A DNA stretch of 47,533 bases, counting the filler, from a bacterium UBP13_UBA5359 (GTDB lineage: Bacteria; UBP13; UBA5359), in NCBI GenBank assembly GCA_002410925.1. It is 3 parts of 3 records of this genome, joined end to end, with 100 filler letters (N's around TTAATTAATTAA, not from the genome) between each part and the next. Parts side by side here need not be neighbours in the genome. Positions count along the whole stretch, not along the records: positions 1 to 14,982 come from DHPR01000025.1; positions 15,083 to 35,758 come from DHPR01000028.1; 1 more part is not named here. The stretch is one strand, 5' to 3'. The position numbers and the translations under genes are program-made. Shown here one piece after another: positions 9,101 to 16,773 of this stretch. The notes below the pieces were generated by a model, which had not been told where the DNA came from, did not search any database, and was given only the letters and a program-made list of their open reading frames with translations. How positions within the stretch are numbered: the stretch's first letter is position 1; the number at the start of each line of letters is the position of its first letter.

Positions 9101-10028
9101 GTTGCTGCTGCAGAACGGCAATGTCTACTTCTCCACTATAGGGGCTGAAAGCCTGTCCACCGGTTATTTCGCCCAGGTGATCGATTACATCGCCGATCCG
9201 CCGGTCAAATTAACCGATAACACGGGCATAAGCATCATTGAAGCCACTAGGAAGGATAACGCGCTGTGTGCCTCGTTCTCCGGACCGGGGACAGCCATCT
9301 TGAAGGTGGATACCGCCGGCTGCGGGCTGAGCGGGAGCACCTTTACCGTCAAGGAAATCCTGACCGGCAGGACACTTTGTTCCTCGATATCTTCTACAGA
9401 CCTGGATAACGGCTTCAAGATAAATATCAAGTATCCTGAAGAGCCGTATGTTGTAGCCATCGGCACCAGTACAGATTTGGCAGGATTTACCGGCACGTTC
9501 TCTTCGGAAGAATCTTTCGAATTGACCTATCCTGATGGCTGGACTACCTATGCCAATGACTCGCTGGATACGCCTGCCGGCTGGGCCAGGGATTATTATC
9601 ACGCAGGGATGCGGTCCCTGAAGATCATCAGTACACTGGTGCGGGATGAAGCTGCCAGGGGAGTGGCCCGATGGGTTGGCAAGACGATAACCTTTAGTTC
9701 TCCTTATCCCACCACCCTTACTCTGGGCGGATGGGCCAAGGCCGACAATGTGGGTGCAGGAGCCGTGCTGACGCTGCAGTATGATATAGTGTACTCAGAT
9801 AATACTACCGAAACGTATGATGCCGATACCCGGTTCAATACGGGTACCCATGATTGGCAGCAGGTCAACTATGCCAAGACCTTTAGCAAGGGGATAAAGA
9901 GCATTACTCCCAAGTGTATACTCTCTACTGCCAACGGCACCGCCTGGTTGGACGACCTGTATATCAATCTCAACGGGGTAAACATGCTCTATAACGGTGA
10001 CATGGAGATACTTAAAATAAAACCGTAA
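6177..10028 (+). CDS. C-terminal fragment of the split gene: LamG (Laminin_G_3) repeats and CBM-like domain
   Basis: Three GKIGKALQFDGVDDY...TIEAWIKP...WYHVAGTYD...KLYING...FNGVIDE-type units; no strong RBS or signal peptide at 6177. Confidence 0.6.
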   Translation: MWVYGIISADTTGSDGAFKPYINVKNCYIDFGPGCANQVLSQNYAYAFHGGLLSWFRDSPVQYIDYIRDFYGSRDVWTQANGDYYNDLTSVSEKELSLYLGHDNITDWLNLMGYWQGGITSAKIAVAVNPGPFVMKHPANTHTDYVDKVLTLTNALYPFMDIDGLVLGSQFALNSNDLQKYSLIIIPEDMGDGLSQATVDALTAYKNAGGKILVVATPLTKSNPDLTGEVDQTAAFCGLTVAGTDTSTSVLQPASSTITLSNPNGGHWVDGKVGKALQFDGVDDYINCGAGASLNITDKLTIEAWIKPDTRSNYHVIACKNTYTYFFAVNSGKLSLLIGNSSATGWNVVLVGDTVLNSSNWYHVAGTYDSATGEAKLYINGVLAKTATGTAQAIGSRPTGWLSVGCAYGSAYYFNGVIDELNIYPMVMSASQLSQHYQDGLMSDRINGRWLFDDGQGMFLQDFSRGRNMGALQNMDGSSCWTIGKIGDCLAFDGTDDDVDCGAGSTLNITEPLTLEAWMKFDSLTDNAKPLDNGLYRLIYSITDGKLHFQYHITDAAAGGDSLWNYWSGVKTSTAIQTGQWYHVTGVKTGNTMKLYLNGVKERELTCLSGYTMDSSQVSNLVLGDNPFCGKLDEVHVYTDATFTDDTIMHHARQPIAGRWALDEISGTTTTDRSGNDNNGTLANMTTPGCWVSGKIGKALQFDGVDDYVNCGAGSSLDITDKLTVEAWIKPDTRSGFHVITCKNSYTYFFTMVSGKLELLIGNSSANAWNVGVISNTVLNSSSWYHVVGAYDSATGEAKLYINGALDNTATGTAQAIGSRPTGWLSVGCAYGSAYYFNGVIXXXXXXXXXXXXXXXXXXXGTAQAIGSRPTGWLSVGCAYGSAYYFNGVIDELNIYPRLLSADEIAGHSSILTAGQWALDDGQDSSVQDISGHGAAGTMNSFSTTFPWQFQPTRRKSISNTSATTVVSDYSTGNPLLLQNGNVYFSTIGAESLSTGYFAQVIDYIADPPVKLTDNTGISIIEATRKDNALCASFSGPGTAILKVDTAGCGLSGSTFTVKEILTGRTLCSSISSTDLDNGFKINIKYPEEPYVVAIGTSTDLAGFTGTFSSEESFELTYPDGWTTYANDSLDTPAGWARDYYHAGMRSLKIISTLVRDEAARGVARWVGKTITFSSPYPTTLTLGGWAKADNVGAGAVLTLQYDIVYSDNTTETYDADTRFNTGTHDWQQVNYAKTFSKGIKSITPKCILSTANGTAWLDDLYINLNGVNMLYNGDMEILKIKP
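7341..7432 (+). repeat. 92-bp exact repeat, copy 1 (within LamG unit 1)
   Basis: GGAACGGCACAAGCC...GGCGTAATCGA identical to 8610-8701 and 8757-8848. Confidence 0.9.
8610..8848 (+). repeat. 92-bp exact repeat, copies 2 and 3, flanking a 55-N scaffold gap (8702-8756)
   Basis: Same 92 nt directly on both sides of the gap; probable assembly overlap or collapsed repeat. Confidence 0.85.
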
Positions 10029-10033
10029 AATAT

Positions 10034-10069
10034 CCGGGGGCCCTTGCCGGATTAGGCAAGGGCCCCCGG
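10034..10069. terminator. Strong GC-rich hairpin after the GH-like gene (probable terminator)
   Basis: Perfect 15-bp stem CCGGGGGCCCTTGCC-ggatta-GGCAAGGGCCCCCGG, 5 nt after the stop; no U-tract on the + strand. Confidence 0.65.
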
Positions 10070-10272
10070 GCAATACGATCTATGTCTATCATATGAGGTG
10101 GTAATGTCTTCATTCGTAATTTAATCATTGAGGGAATGTGCTGGCTGAGGTAACAATTGAGCATATGGTATTGTTAATTGTTTGCCAGATGCTCAAGGAA
10201 GGTATTCTATCTCAGAATTTTCGTGGTAACTTCTTTTATAAACATGGATAAGATAGGAAGCGAGGAGTTCAA

Positions 10273-11517
10273 ATGATGAATCGATTAGCATTGCATGGAG
10301 GTACACCCGTAAGGCTGGAAAAGATATTTCCAATCTGGCCTATAACGGCAGCGACAGATAGAGAGAAGCTGCTGGAAGTATTCGATAGCGGCAAATGGTG
10401 GTATGGGGAAAAAGTCAAAGAATTTGAAGAGAAGTATGCCATCTTTCATGATGCCAAGTATGGCGTTACTTGTGCCAACGGCACCGTAGCCCTGGAGATA
10501 GCGCTGGTGGCCTGCGGCATCGGGGCGGGTGATGAAGTAATCGTGCCGCCATATACCTTTATGGCTACGGCCAGTGCGGTGCTGAGGGTCAATGCCGTAC
10601 CCGTTTTTGCCGATATAGAGCTTGATACCTGCAATCTCGATCCTGTAGATGTAGAGAGAAAGATAACGGATAAGACTAAGGCCATACTCCCGGTACATCT
10701 TGGTGGACTGCCGGTAGATATGGATGCTTTCAAGGTATTGGCCCGGAAGTATAAGCTGGTATTGGTGGAGGATGCATGCCATAGTTGGGGCAGCAAGTGG
10801 AAGGGCAAAGGCACTGGAGCTATAGGGGATTGCGGCGTCTTCAGCTTCCAGATGAGCAAGAACATCACCTCCGGAGAGGGAGGAATACTTCTTACCGATA
10901 GTGAAGACATTGCCGACAGGGCCAGGAGCTACACCAATTGCGGGCGCATTAAGGGTGGTGCCTGGTATGAGCACTATCTCTTAGGCAGTAACCTGAGGAT
11001 GACGGAATTGCAGGCAGCTATACTATTAGGACAGTTGGAAAGGCTGGAAGAACAGACACTCAGGCGTGAGAAAAATGCAGTTTATCTGAGCGAACTGTTG
11101 AAAGACATACCCGGTATCAGCCTGATGAGAAGAGACCCCAGAGTTACCAGACGTAGCTATCACATATATATCTTTCGCTTCCTGCCGGAGGAATGGCCCG
11201 GAGTCAGCCGGGACAGATTCTTGGAGGCACTTAAAGCCGAAGGCATACCTTGCGGCAACGGCTATAACATACCACTATACAAGAATCCCCTATTCCAGCG
11301 TAGAGCTGAAGGTCCAGGCTATTGTCCAACATCCTGTCCTTACCATGGTGGTAAAGTGGATTACACTCAGGTAGTGTGTGCCAATGCCGAGCTTATGAGC
11401 CGAGAAGGCTGCTGGATACCGCATACCGTTCTGCTGGCAGAAGAGCCGGATATGAAAGATATAGCCGAAGCCATAAAGAAGATATGGGAGCATAGGAAGG
11501 AACTGTCTGATGCCTGA
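10273..11517 (+). CDS. DegT/DnrJ/EryC1/StrS family PLP-dependent sugar aminotransferase (RifK/BtrR-like)
   Basis: NGTVAL, GAGDEVIVPPYTFMATA, VEDACHSWG, FSFQMSKNITSGEGG (Schiff-base Lys), NLRMTELQAA. Confidence 0.93.
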   Translation: MMNRLALHGGTPVRLEKIFPIWPITAATDREKLLEVFDSGKWWYGEKVKEFEEKYAIFHDAKYGVTCANGTVALEIALVACGIGAGDEVIVPPYTFMATASAVLRVNAVPVFADIELDTCNLDPVDVERKITDKTKAILPVHLGGLPVDMDAFKVLARKYKLVLVEDACHSWGSKWKGKGTGAIGDCGVFSFQMSKNITSGEGGILLTDSEDIADRARSYTNCGRIKGGAWYEHYLLGSNLRMTELQAAILLGQLERLEEQTLRREKNAVYLSELLKDIPGISLMRRDPRVTRRSYHIYIFRFLPEEWPGVSRDRFLEALKAEGIPCGNGYNIPLYKNPLFQRRAEGPGYCPTSCPYHGGKVDYTQVVCANAELMSREGCWIPHTVLLAEEPDMKDIAEAIKKIWEHRKELSDA

Positions 11518-12832
11518 TATGCAAGTGGGCTATGGAGAGCAGGTAATCACTCCACCGCTGGGTGTTGAACTCACCGGCTACGGTTACTACCTGGAGCGCA
11601 GAGCAGAAGAAGTGGCCGATGATCTCAAAGTCAGGGCTCTTTATATCAGCCAGGGACAGGACGCCGTTATCCTCATAAGCTGCGATCTGCTCAGCCTAAG
11701 TGTGGAATTTACCGATGAAAGAAGGAGAGAGCTTGCCGCTCGATATAATCTGCCGCTAAGCAGTATCCTCCTGGCCTGCACCCATACCCATGCCGGTCCG
11801 GCTATACATGACCTGCCCGGCCTGGGAGAGGTGGATCCCGGCTGCCGGATGACGGTCAGCCGGGCCATATCAGAAGCAGTTCAGGCGGCGTGGAAATATT
11901 GCCGGCCGGCAGAGATGTCATTTATTTATGAGACGATAACGCCTATAGGATACAACCGCATAATGGGAGGCTTTACGCCCATCGATCCGGTATTGAAGAC
12001 GGTTATCTTTGCTTGGCAGGATGGACGGAAGGTATATCTGGTAAGCTATGCCTGCCACCCGGTAGGCCTGGGACAGTCCAACGTAGTCTCAGCCGACTGG
12101 CCGGGAGCACTGCTAGCCCGGATTGAAGAGGCAGGACATCAGGGGATGTTTTTGCAAGGCTTCTGTGGCGACGTCAACCCGGTCAACCGGATGAGAGGCA
12201 TGGGAGGCAGCATAGAGGATCTGCAGCTATACGGGGATATACTGTATCGTCATATAGAAACAGCCCAATGCCGGACCTATACTCTAAATACGGCAGACAT
12301 AAGGGCCGTGGAGCATAGAGTTAAGTTGCCGCTGAATGTCCCGCCGTATGCAGAAATTAAAAACCTGAAGAGTAGTTTGCCGGAAAATTTGAGCAAAATC
12401 CCCATGTATGATCGCTTCATCGACGATTGGATTGAGAGAGCAACGGAGAGATACGAGGAAGTCAGGCAGGAGCCCTTCCTGGACAACGTTCCTGTACAGG
12501 TAATTGCCTTGGGGGAGATGAAGATATTGAGCCTGCCGGGAGAGGTTTTTTCCGGCTATAGCCTGAAGTTGTCGGCAGAAAATCGATCACCGTTAATGAC
12601 GGTAGGGTATTCCGGCGGTAATATCGGCTATTTGCCTACCGGTGACGCTTACTATATGGATACCGATTATGCCTGTTACCAGGCACCTAAGTTTTATGGG
12701 CTGTTTCCTTGGGATCGAAATGTCGAAACTGTAATGCTCAGGGAATGTAATAGAATTCTGTGCAAAGCGGAGGGGGTAAATGGAGTTGATAAAGCCTCAT
12801 GTCTGTCTAAAGGAGATAAAAACAGTGCTTAA
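11510..12832 (+). CDS. Neutral/alkaline ceramidase-like Zn amidohydrolase
   Basis: ITPPLG, DDLKVRAL, THTHAGP, YACHP, SADWPG, FLQGFCGDVNP, LPGEVF; overlaps the DegT stop. Confidence 0.85.
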   Translation: MPDMQVGYGEQVITPPLGVELTGYGYYLERRAEEVADDLKVRALYISQGQDAVILISCDLLSLSVEFTDERRRELAARYNLPLSSILLACTHTHAGPAIHDLPGLGEVDPGCRMTVSRAISEAVQAAWKYCRPAEMSFIYETITPIGYNRIMGGFTPIDPVLKTVIFAWQDGRKVYLVSYACHPVGLGQSNVVSADWPGALLARIEEAGHQGMFLQGFCGDVNPVNRMRGMGGSIEDLQLYGDILYRHIETAQCRTYTLNTADIRAVEHRVKLPLNVPPYAEIKNLKSSLPENLSKIPMYDRFIDDWIERATERYEEVRQEPFLDNVPVQVIALGEMKILSLPGEVFSGYSLKLSAENRSPLMTVGYSGGNIGYLPTGDAYYMDTDYACYQAPKFYGLFPWDRNVETVMLRECNRILCKAEGVNGVDKASCLSKGDKNSA

Positions 12833-12901
12833 GAACGGTCAATTTAATACGTGATTTTTGCAAGCTGGTTAGGCGTCTAGAGGAAAGGATTATATAAAAC
12901 A

Positions 12902-14212
12902 ATGAAAAGCAAACTGTTGTGCTCTCTGGTAATTACTTTTTGCCTGGTTATAGCATTAAGCGGCTGCGGAAGCAATAAAGATGAAGAACAGAGCAAGATA
13001 ACTATTACCATAGCTTGTGGCTATTCCCCTACAGACGTAGGTTGCCAGATCATCGACAAATCCCTGGATGAGTTCATGAAGCAGAACCCGGACATAAAGA
13101 TTAAGAAGGTATGGTTTACCCAGCAATATTGGACCAAACTGATGACCATGATAGCCGGCGGCACACCTCCGGATATCTTCAGATTGGCCCCTGATTATAT
13201 TCCCACCTATGTGCAGAGAGGCACGCTGGAGTCACTGGATAAGTATATTGCTAAAAGCCGGGCATTGAAGCTGGAAGACTTCTATCCTCAAACGCTGTAT
13301 AAATATAAATACGATGCGGAAAGCAAGACCGTAGGCCAGGGACCGATCTATGGCTTTGGCACGGACTGGTCACCCGATTGCACACTGGTCTACAATAAAG
13401 CCATGTTCGATAAAGCCGGGTTGCCGTATCCCACCGGAAGCATGAGTTGGGAAGAGTTCCGGCAAACTGCACAGAAGTTGACAGCAGGAGAAGGCGGACA
13501 AAAGCAATACGGATGCCTGATAAGCGATATATCTATGCTGGTAGCCCAGAACGACGGCAGTGTCTTCAGCCCTGACGGCAAGACGTGTCTTCTGGACAGT
13601 TCGCAGGCCATAGAAGCCTTTCAGTATATAGTGGATATGAGGGCAAAAGATAGATGCATGCCCTCTATTGGGGATTTACAGAATTCCAACCTATTACAGC
13701 TTTTTCAGACAGGCAGGCTGGGCATGTTCCTGTCCGGCAGGTTCTATATACCCATATTGCAGGAACAGGTCAAGGGCTTTAAGTGGGGAGTAGCTCCCGG
13801 GTTGCAGCAGAAGAAGAGAGTGAATATAGTTACCGGACCTTTCGGCTGGGTGATGAGCAGCAAGACTAAGCATCCCGAGGCCGCCTGGAAGCTGATGGAA
13901 TATCTGGTAGCAGGGAACTGTGAGAAAGAACTGGCCAAGGCAGGCTATAATATCCCAGTAATTAAAAAGATAGCCGAGTCCGCTATTTTTCTCAGCAATC
14001 CGAAGCATATGGCTGGAGTCAATAAAGTATTCATGGATGAAGTGAAGTACACCGTGCCCAGCCCGTTGACGCCGTATGCTCCTACTGACCGTTGGCAGAA
14101 AACCGTTAGTGATGAACTGGATCTGGCTTACCTGGGCAAACAGACCGCCAGGCAGGCGGCGGTGAACGCTACCCGCAAGATCAATCAATTACTGGTTGAG
14201 GGATTGCGCTGA
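12902..14212 (+). CDS. ABC transporter sugar-binding lipoprotein (SBP_bac_1/CUT1 family)
   Basis: Lipobox LSGC; AGGTPPDIF, YNKAMFDKAGLPYP, TKHPEAAWKLMEYL. Confidence 0.92.
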   Translation: MKSKLLCSLVITFCLVIALSGCGSNKDEEQSKITITIACGYSPTDVGCQIIDKSLDEFMKQNPDIKIKKVWFTQQYWTKLMTMIAGGTPPDIFRLAPDYIPTYVQRGTLESLDKYIAKSRALKLEDFYPQTLYKYKYDAESKTVGQGPIYGFGTDWSPDCTLVYNKAMFDKAGLPYPTGSMSWEEFRQTAQKLTAGEGGQKQYGCLISDISMLVAQNDGSVFSPDGKTCLLDSSQAIEAFQYIVDMRAKDRCMPSIGDLQNSNLLQLFQTGRLGMFLSGRFYIPILQEQVKGFKWGVAPGLQQKKRVNIVTGPFGWVMSSKTKHPEAAWKLMEYLVAGNCEKELAKAGYNIPVIKKIAESAIFLSNPKHMAGVNKVFMDEVKYTVPSPLTPYAPTDRWQKTVSDELDLAYLGKQTARQAAVNATRKINQLLVEGLR

Positions 14213-14315
14213 ATGCATATGCTCACGGTTAACCTACCCAGCGCTATCTATTATGTTGCGAGGAGGATCCACGACAAGAGATTGTGGGATTAGAGAATAT
14301 TGATGGAGAGTAAAG

Positions 14316-14651
14316 ATGTATCTGACAGGATTTGCCGATGAGGCAGCAACAGGTATAGAGGGGCAGATAAAGGCTACCAAGGAGTTAGGATGGGAGTATA
14401 TAGAGTCCAGGAATATAGATGGGATCAATATTCACGATCTGCCTGAGGATAAATTTGCAGAGGTATGTGCTAAGCTGGAAGAGGCCGGGGTAAAGATAAA
14501 CTGCTTCGGCTCGGCCGTAGCCAACTGGGGTAAGAGGATAGACGAGTCCTTTGATACCTCACTGGAAGAGGCCAAGCGGGCCATCCCCAGGATGCAGAAA
14601 CTGGGGACAAAGCTTGTCCGGATAATGAGCTTTGCTGTGCTGCCGGACAGA
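14316..14651 (+). pseudogene. Sugar phosphate isomerase/epimerase, 5' part, interrupted by an IS3 insertion
   Basis: MYLTGFADEA...IESRNIDG...VRIMSF N-terminus; family similarity stops at codon 112, where the IS end begins. Confidence 0.8.
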
Positions 14652-14982
14652 TGGAGCGTACCCGAAAGAGTGGAGACTTCAACAGGCAAAGTGATAAAAT
14701 AAGCCTAAGGGAGGTCTTGAGGGTATGAGAAAAGGACAAAAACAGAATAAGTATACAGCGGAGTTCAAGGAGAGAGCGGTGAAACTGGCGGAGAGTTCGG
14801 ACGTGCCGATCAGTCAGGTGGCCGTAGAGTTAGGTATCAGCAAGAATTTACTCTACAAGTGGACCAGTAAATTCGGGAAGAAGGAGGACGGCATCCGCTA
14901 TACGCCGACAGAGCATGAAGAGCTTAAGGTTTTACGCAAAGAGAACCATCGATTGCGAGAAGAACGTGACATCTTAAAAAAA
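14652..14982 (+). mobile_element. IS3-family insertion sequence, left end (cut by contig end)
   Basis: Starts TGGAGCGTACCCGAAAGAGTGGAGAC (IS3-type 5'-TG end); OrfA follows; A7 run at 14976-14982 at the usual -1 frameshift position. Confidence 0.85.
14725..14982 (+). CDS. IS3 transposase OrfA (HTH_Tnp_1), partial
   Basis: KYTAEFKERAVKL...VAVELGISKNLLYKW...LRKENHRLREERDILKK. Confidence 0.92.
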
Positions 14983-15082
14983 NNNNNNNNNNNNNNNNNN
15001 NNNNNNNNNNNNNNNNNNNNNNNNNNTTAATTAATTAANNNNNNNNNNNNNNNNNNNNNNNNNNNNNNNNNNNNNNNNNNNN
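14983..15082. other. Artificial contig-joining spacer
   Basis: 44 N + TTAATTAATTAA (stops in all six frames) + 44 N. Confidence 0.95.
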
Positions 15083-15089
15083 TTGCCAT
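15083..15089 (-). CDS. tuf: Probable first codons of elongation factor Tu (cut by contig end)
   Basis: AGGAGG...ATG GCA A.. (M-A-K?) directly downstream of tRNA-Tyr/tRNA-Thr(GGT); context-based, only 7 nt visible. Confidence 0.45.
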
Positions 15090-15122
15090 TCCTTCCGTCT
15101 CCTCCTATAAACTTTCTAGAGA

Positions 15123-15198
15123 TGGAGCCCACGACCGGGGTTGAACCGGTGACCTTATCCTTACCAAGGATACGCTCTGCCTACTGAGCTACGTGGGC
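15123..15198 (-). tRNA. tRNA-Thr(GGT)
   Basis: GCCCACGTAGCTCAG...CCTTGGTAAGG...GGTTCAACCCCGGTCGTGGGCTCCA; 76-nt cloverleaf with encoded CCA. Confidence 0.96.
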
Positions 15199-15213
15199 GA
15201 ATAAACAAAAAAA

Positions 15214-15300
15214 TGGTGGAGGGGGGAGGATTTGAACCTCCGAAGGCGTAGCCAGCAGATTTACAGTCTGCCCCCTTTGACCAGACTCGGGAACCCCTCC
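15214..15300 (-). tRNA. tRNA-Tyr(GTA)
   Basis: GGAGGGGTTCCCGAG...GACTGTAAATC, long variable arm, GGTTCAAATCC...CCTCCACCA. Confidence 0.96.
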
Positions 15301-15350
15301 ATGTCGTCAGGCTATAAAGACCGGAAATAACCAGCCGGCATGACAAAGGA

Positions 15351-15379
15351 ATTTTACATAATCCGCCTTCTTTTGTCAA
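15351..15379 (-). promoter_or_regulatory. Sigma70/SigA promoter of the tRNA operon
   Basis: TTGACA-N17-TAAAAT about 50 nt upstream of tRNA-Tyr. Confidence 0.8.
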
Positions 15380-15519
15380 GTTAAAATCGGTAAAATAAAA
15401 AGAGCTGGGCAGACGGGAAGCAACTCTTTACTAGAGATAGGGGTCGAGTGCAAAGAGTTGGCCCCTTATGGTTGACATGCGTGTTAGAATATATGATAGT
15501 GCTTTGGGGTGAACTTGCT

Positions 15520-16773
15520 ATGCTCTATTATCGTCGTAATTTATTGATTTTATCGACCACTGTCTTTCTGGCATCTATGAGCTGGAGCCAGATAATGCCC
15601 TTTCTGCCGCTCTTCCTTCAGGATATCGGAGTCAAACATAATCTGCTGCGCTGGTCCGGGCTGATCTTTGCCGCTCATCCGGTAGCCGCTATGTTTGCAC
15701 AACCGGCCTGGGGCAAGCTGGGAGATAAATATGGGCGCAAGGCCATGGTTATTCGTGCCGGGTTCTGCCTCGGTTGCATTTACTTTGCCATGAGCTTCTG
15801 TACCTCTCCCTGGCAATTGGTGTTGCTGCGTTTTATAAATGGTGCCCTGACAGGCTTTATACCAGGCTCTTATGCATTAATTGCCACCAATACGCCGCAG
15901 GAAATTGCACCCAGAGCAGTGGCAATCGCACAAACGGCATCGGCAACAGGCATGATCATAGGTCCGGCTATCGGCGGCCTTCTGGCACATATATTCGGCT
16001 ACCACGGCTCTATGCGTGTTTCCGGTGCAGCCGTTCTCTTTGCAACACTACTGGTATGGCTGCTGGTCAAAGAGATGCATAAGCCCTCTGCATCCGAAGA
16101 GCAGACCAGCCTTTTTCAAGATTTTTTGACAGCATTAGATTCACCAATTCTGAAATCAATTCTGCTGACAGTTGCCCTCTGCGGTACTTTTGCTGCAGCC
16201 ATCAACCCCATTCTGGCCCTGCATTTAAAGCAGCTTAGCGGCACTGCGCCTATCTGGTTGACAGGCGCAATCTTCTCGCTACCTGGATTGGCCTTTACGG
16301 TTTCAGCCTATCTATGGACTGCTTTTGGAGAGCGTAATGATCATAGGATCGCCATAAATATAGGACTGGCCGGCACCTTTATACTGGCTTTCCTCCTTTA
16401 CTTTATTCATAATCTCTGGATTTTTGCTGTGACATATTTCACAGCCGGCCTCTGTCTGGCCGCTATCACACCCTCGGCATCAGCCATAATCTGCACCAGA
16501 GTAGATGCCGATTTTCACGGCAGAGCTTACGGTCTGCAGCAGTCGGCCAGTATGCTCGGCGCTCTGGTCGCACCGCTGGCTTCGGGCTTTGTTGGAACAG
16601 CCTTTGGCATCCCATCTGTCTTTATCATGGTAAGCGGCCTCTTCATGGCCGGCCTTATCGCTATCAATACTATTTTCAAACGCTGGCCATTACCAGCCGC
16701 CTCCGCCGCCCCCGCCGCCCCCGCCGCCGGAGAAGCCGCCGGCACCCGAACGCGAGCCCGGAGGTGTAGCTGA
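15520..16773 (+). CDS. MFS transporter (DHA1/MdtG-like)
   Basis: Motif A WGKLGDKYGRKAM, LRFINGALTG, GPAIGG; about 12 TM segments; likely ATG 15520 after GGGGTG (track start 15448). Confidence 0.9.
   Translation: MLYYRRNLLILSTTVFLASMSWSQIMPFLPLFLQDIGVKHNLLRWSGLIFAAHPVAAMFAQPAWGKLGDKYGRKAMVIRAGFCLGCIYFAMSFCTSPWQLVLLRFINGALTGFIPGSYALIATNTPQEIAPRAVAIAQTASATGMIIGPAIGGLLAHIFGYHGSMRVSGAAVLFATLLVWLLVKEMHKPSASEEQTSLFQDFLTALDSPILKSILLTVALCGTFAAAINPILALHLKQLSGTAPIWLTGAIFSLPGLAFTVSAYLWTAFGERNDHRIAINIGLAGTFILAFLLYFIHNLWIFAVTYFTAGLCLAAITPSASAIICTRVDADFHGRAYGLQQSASMLGALVAPLASGFVGTAFGIPSVFIMVSGLFMAGLIAINTIFKRWPLPAASAAPAAPAAGEAAGTRTRARRCS

Larger units (their letters stand above)
5355..10028 (+). pseudogene. 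Large secreted GH-like protein with LamG array and C-terminal CBM-like domain, interrupted by one in-frame TAG (5997-5999)
   Basis: ORFs 5355-5999 and 6177-10028 share a frame and the 59 codons between them are open; DKW*RRYYLYK aligns with DKWWRRYILFK of the paralog at 957-3881. Confidence 0.8.

Noticed and set aside
10285-10974. Long antisense ORFs (this one, 33026-33721, 38883-39569 and others)
   Set aside because: Shadows of well-supported genes on the opposite strand; no motifs or RBS
10273-11517. Aminoglycoside or ansamycin biosynthetic cluster
   Set aside because: No cyclase (BtrC-like), PKS, GT or resistance genes alongside the aminotransferase
15027-15038. TTAATTAATTAA palindrome as a biological site (also 35803-35814)
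   Set aside because: Centred in symmetric N-runs; standard six-frame-stop linker
15161-15379. 72-aa ORF
   Set aside because: Overlies the two tRNAs and their promoter
15472-15500. MFS promoter with TTGACA
   Set aside because: Perfect -35 but only a weak -10 (GATAGT) at correct spacing; not enough to call
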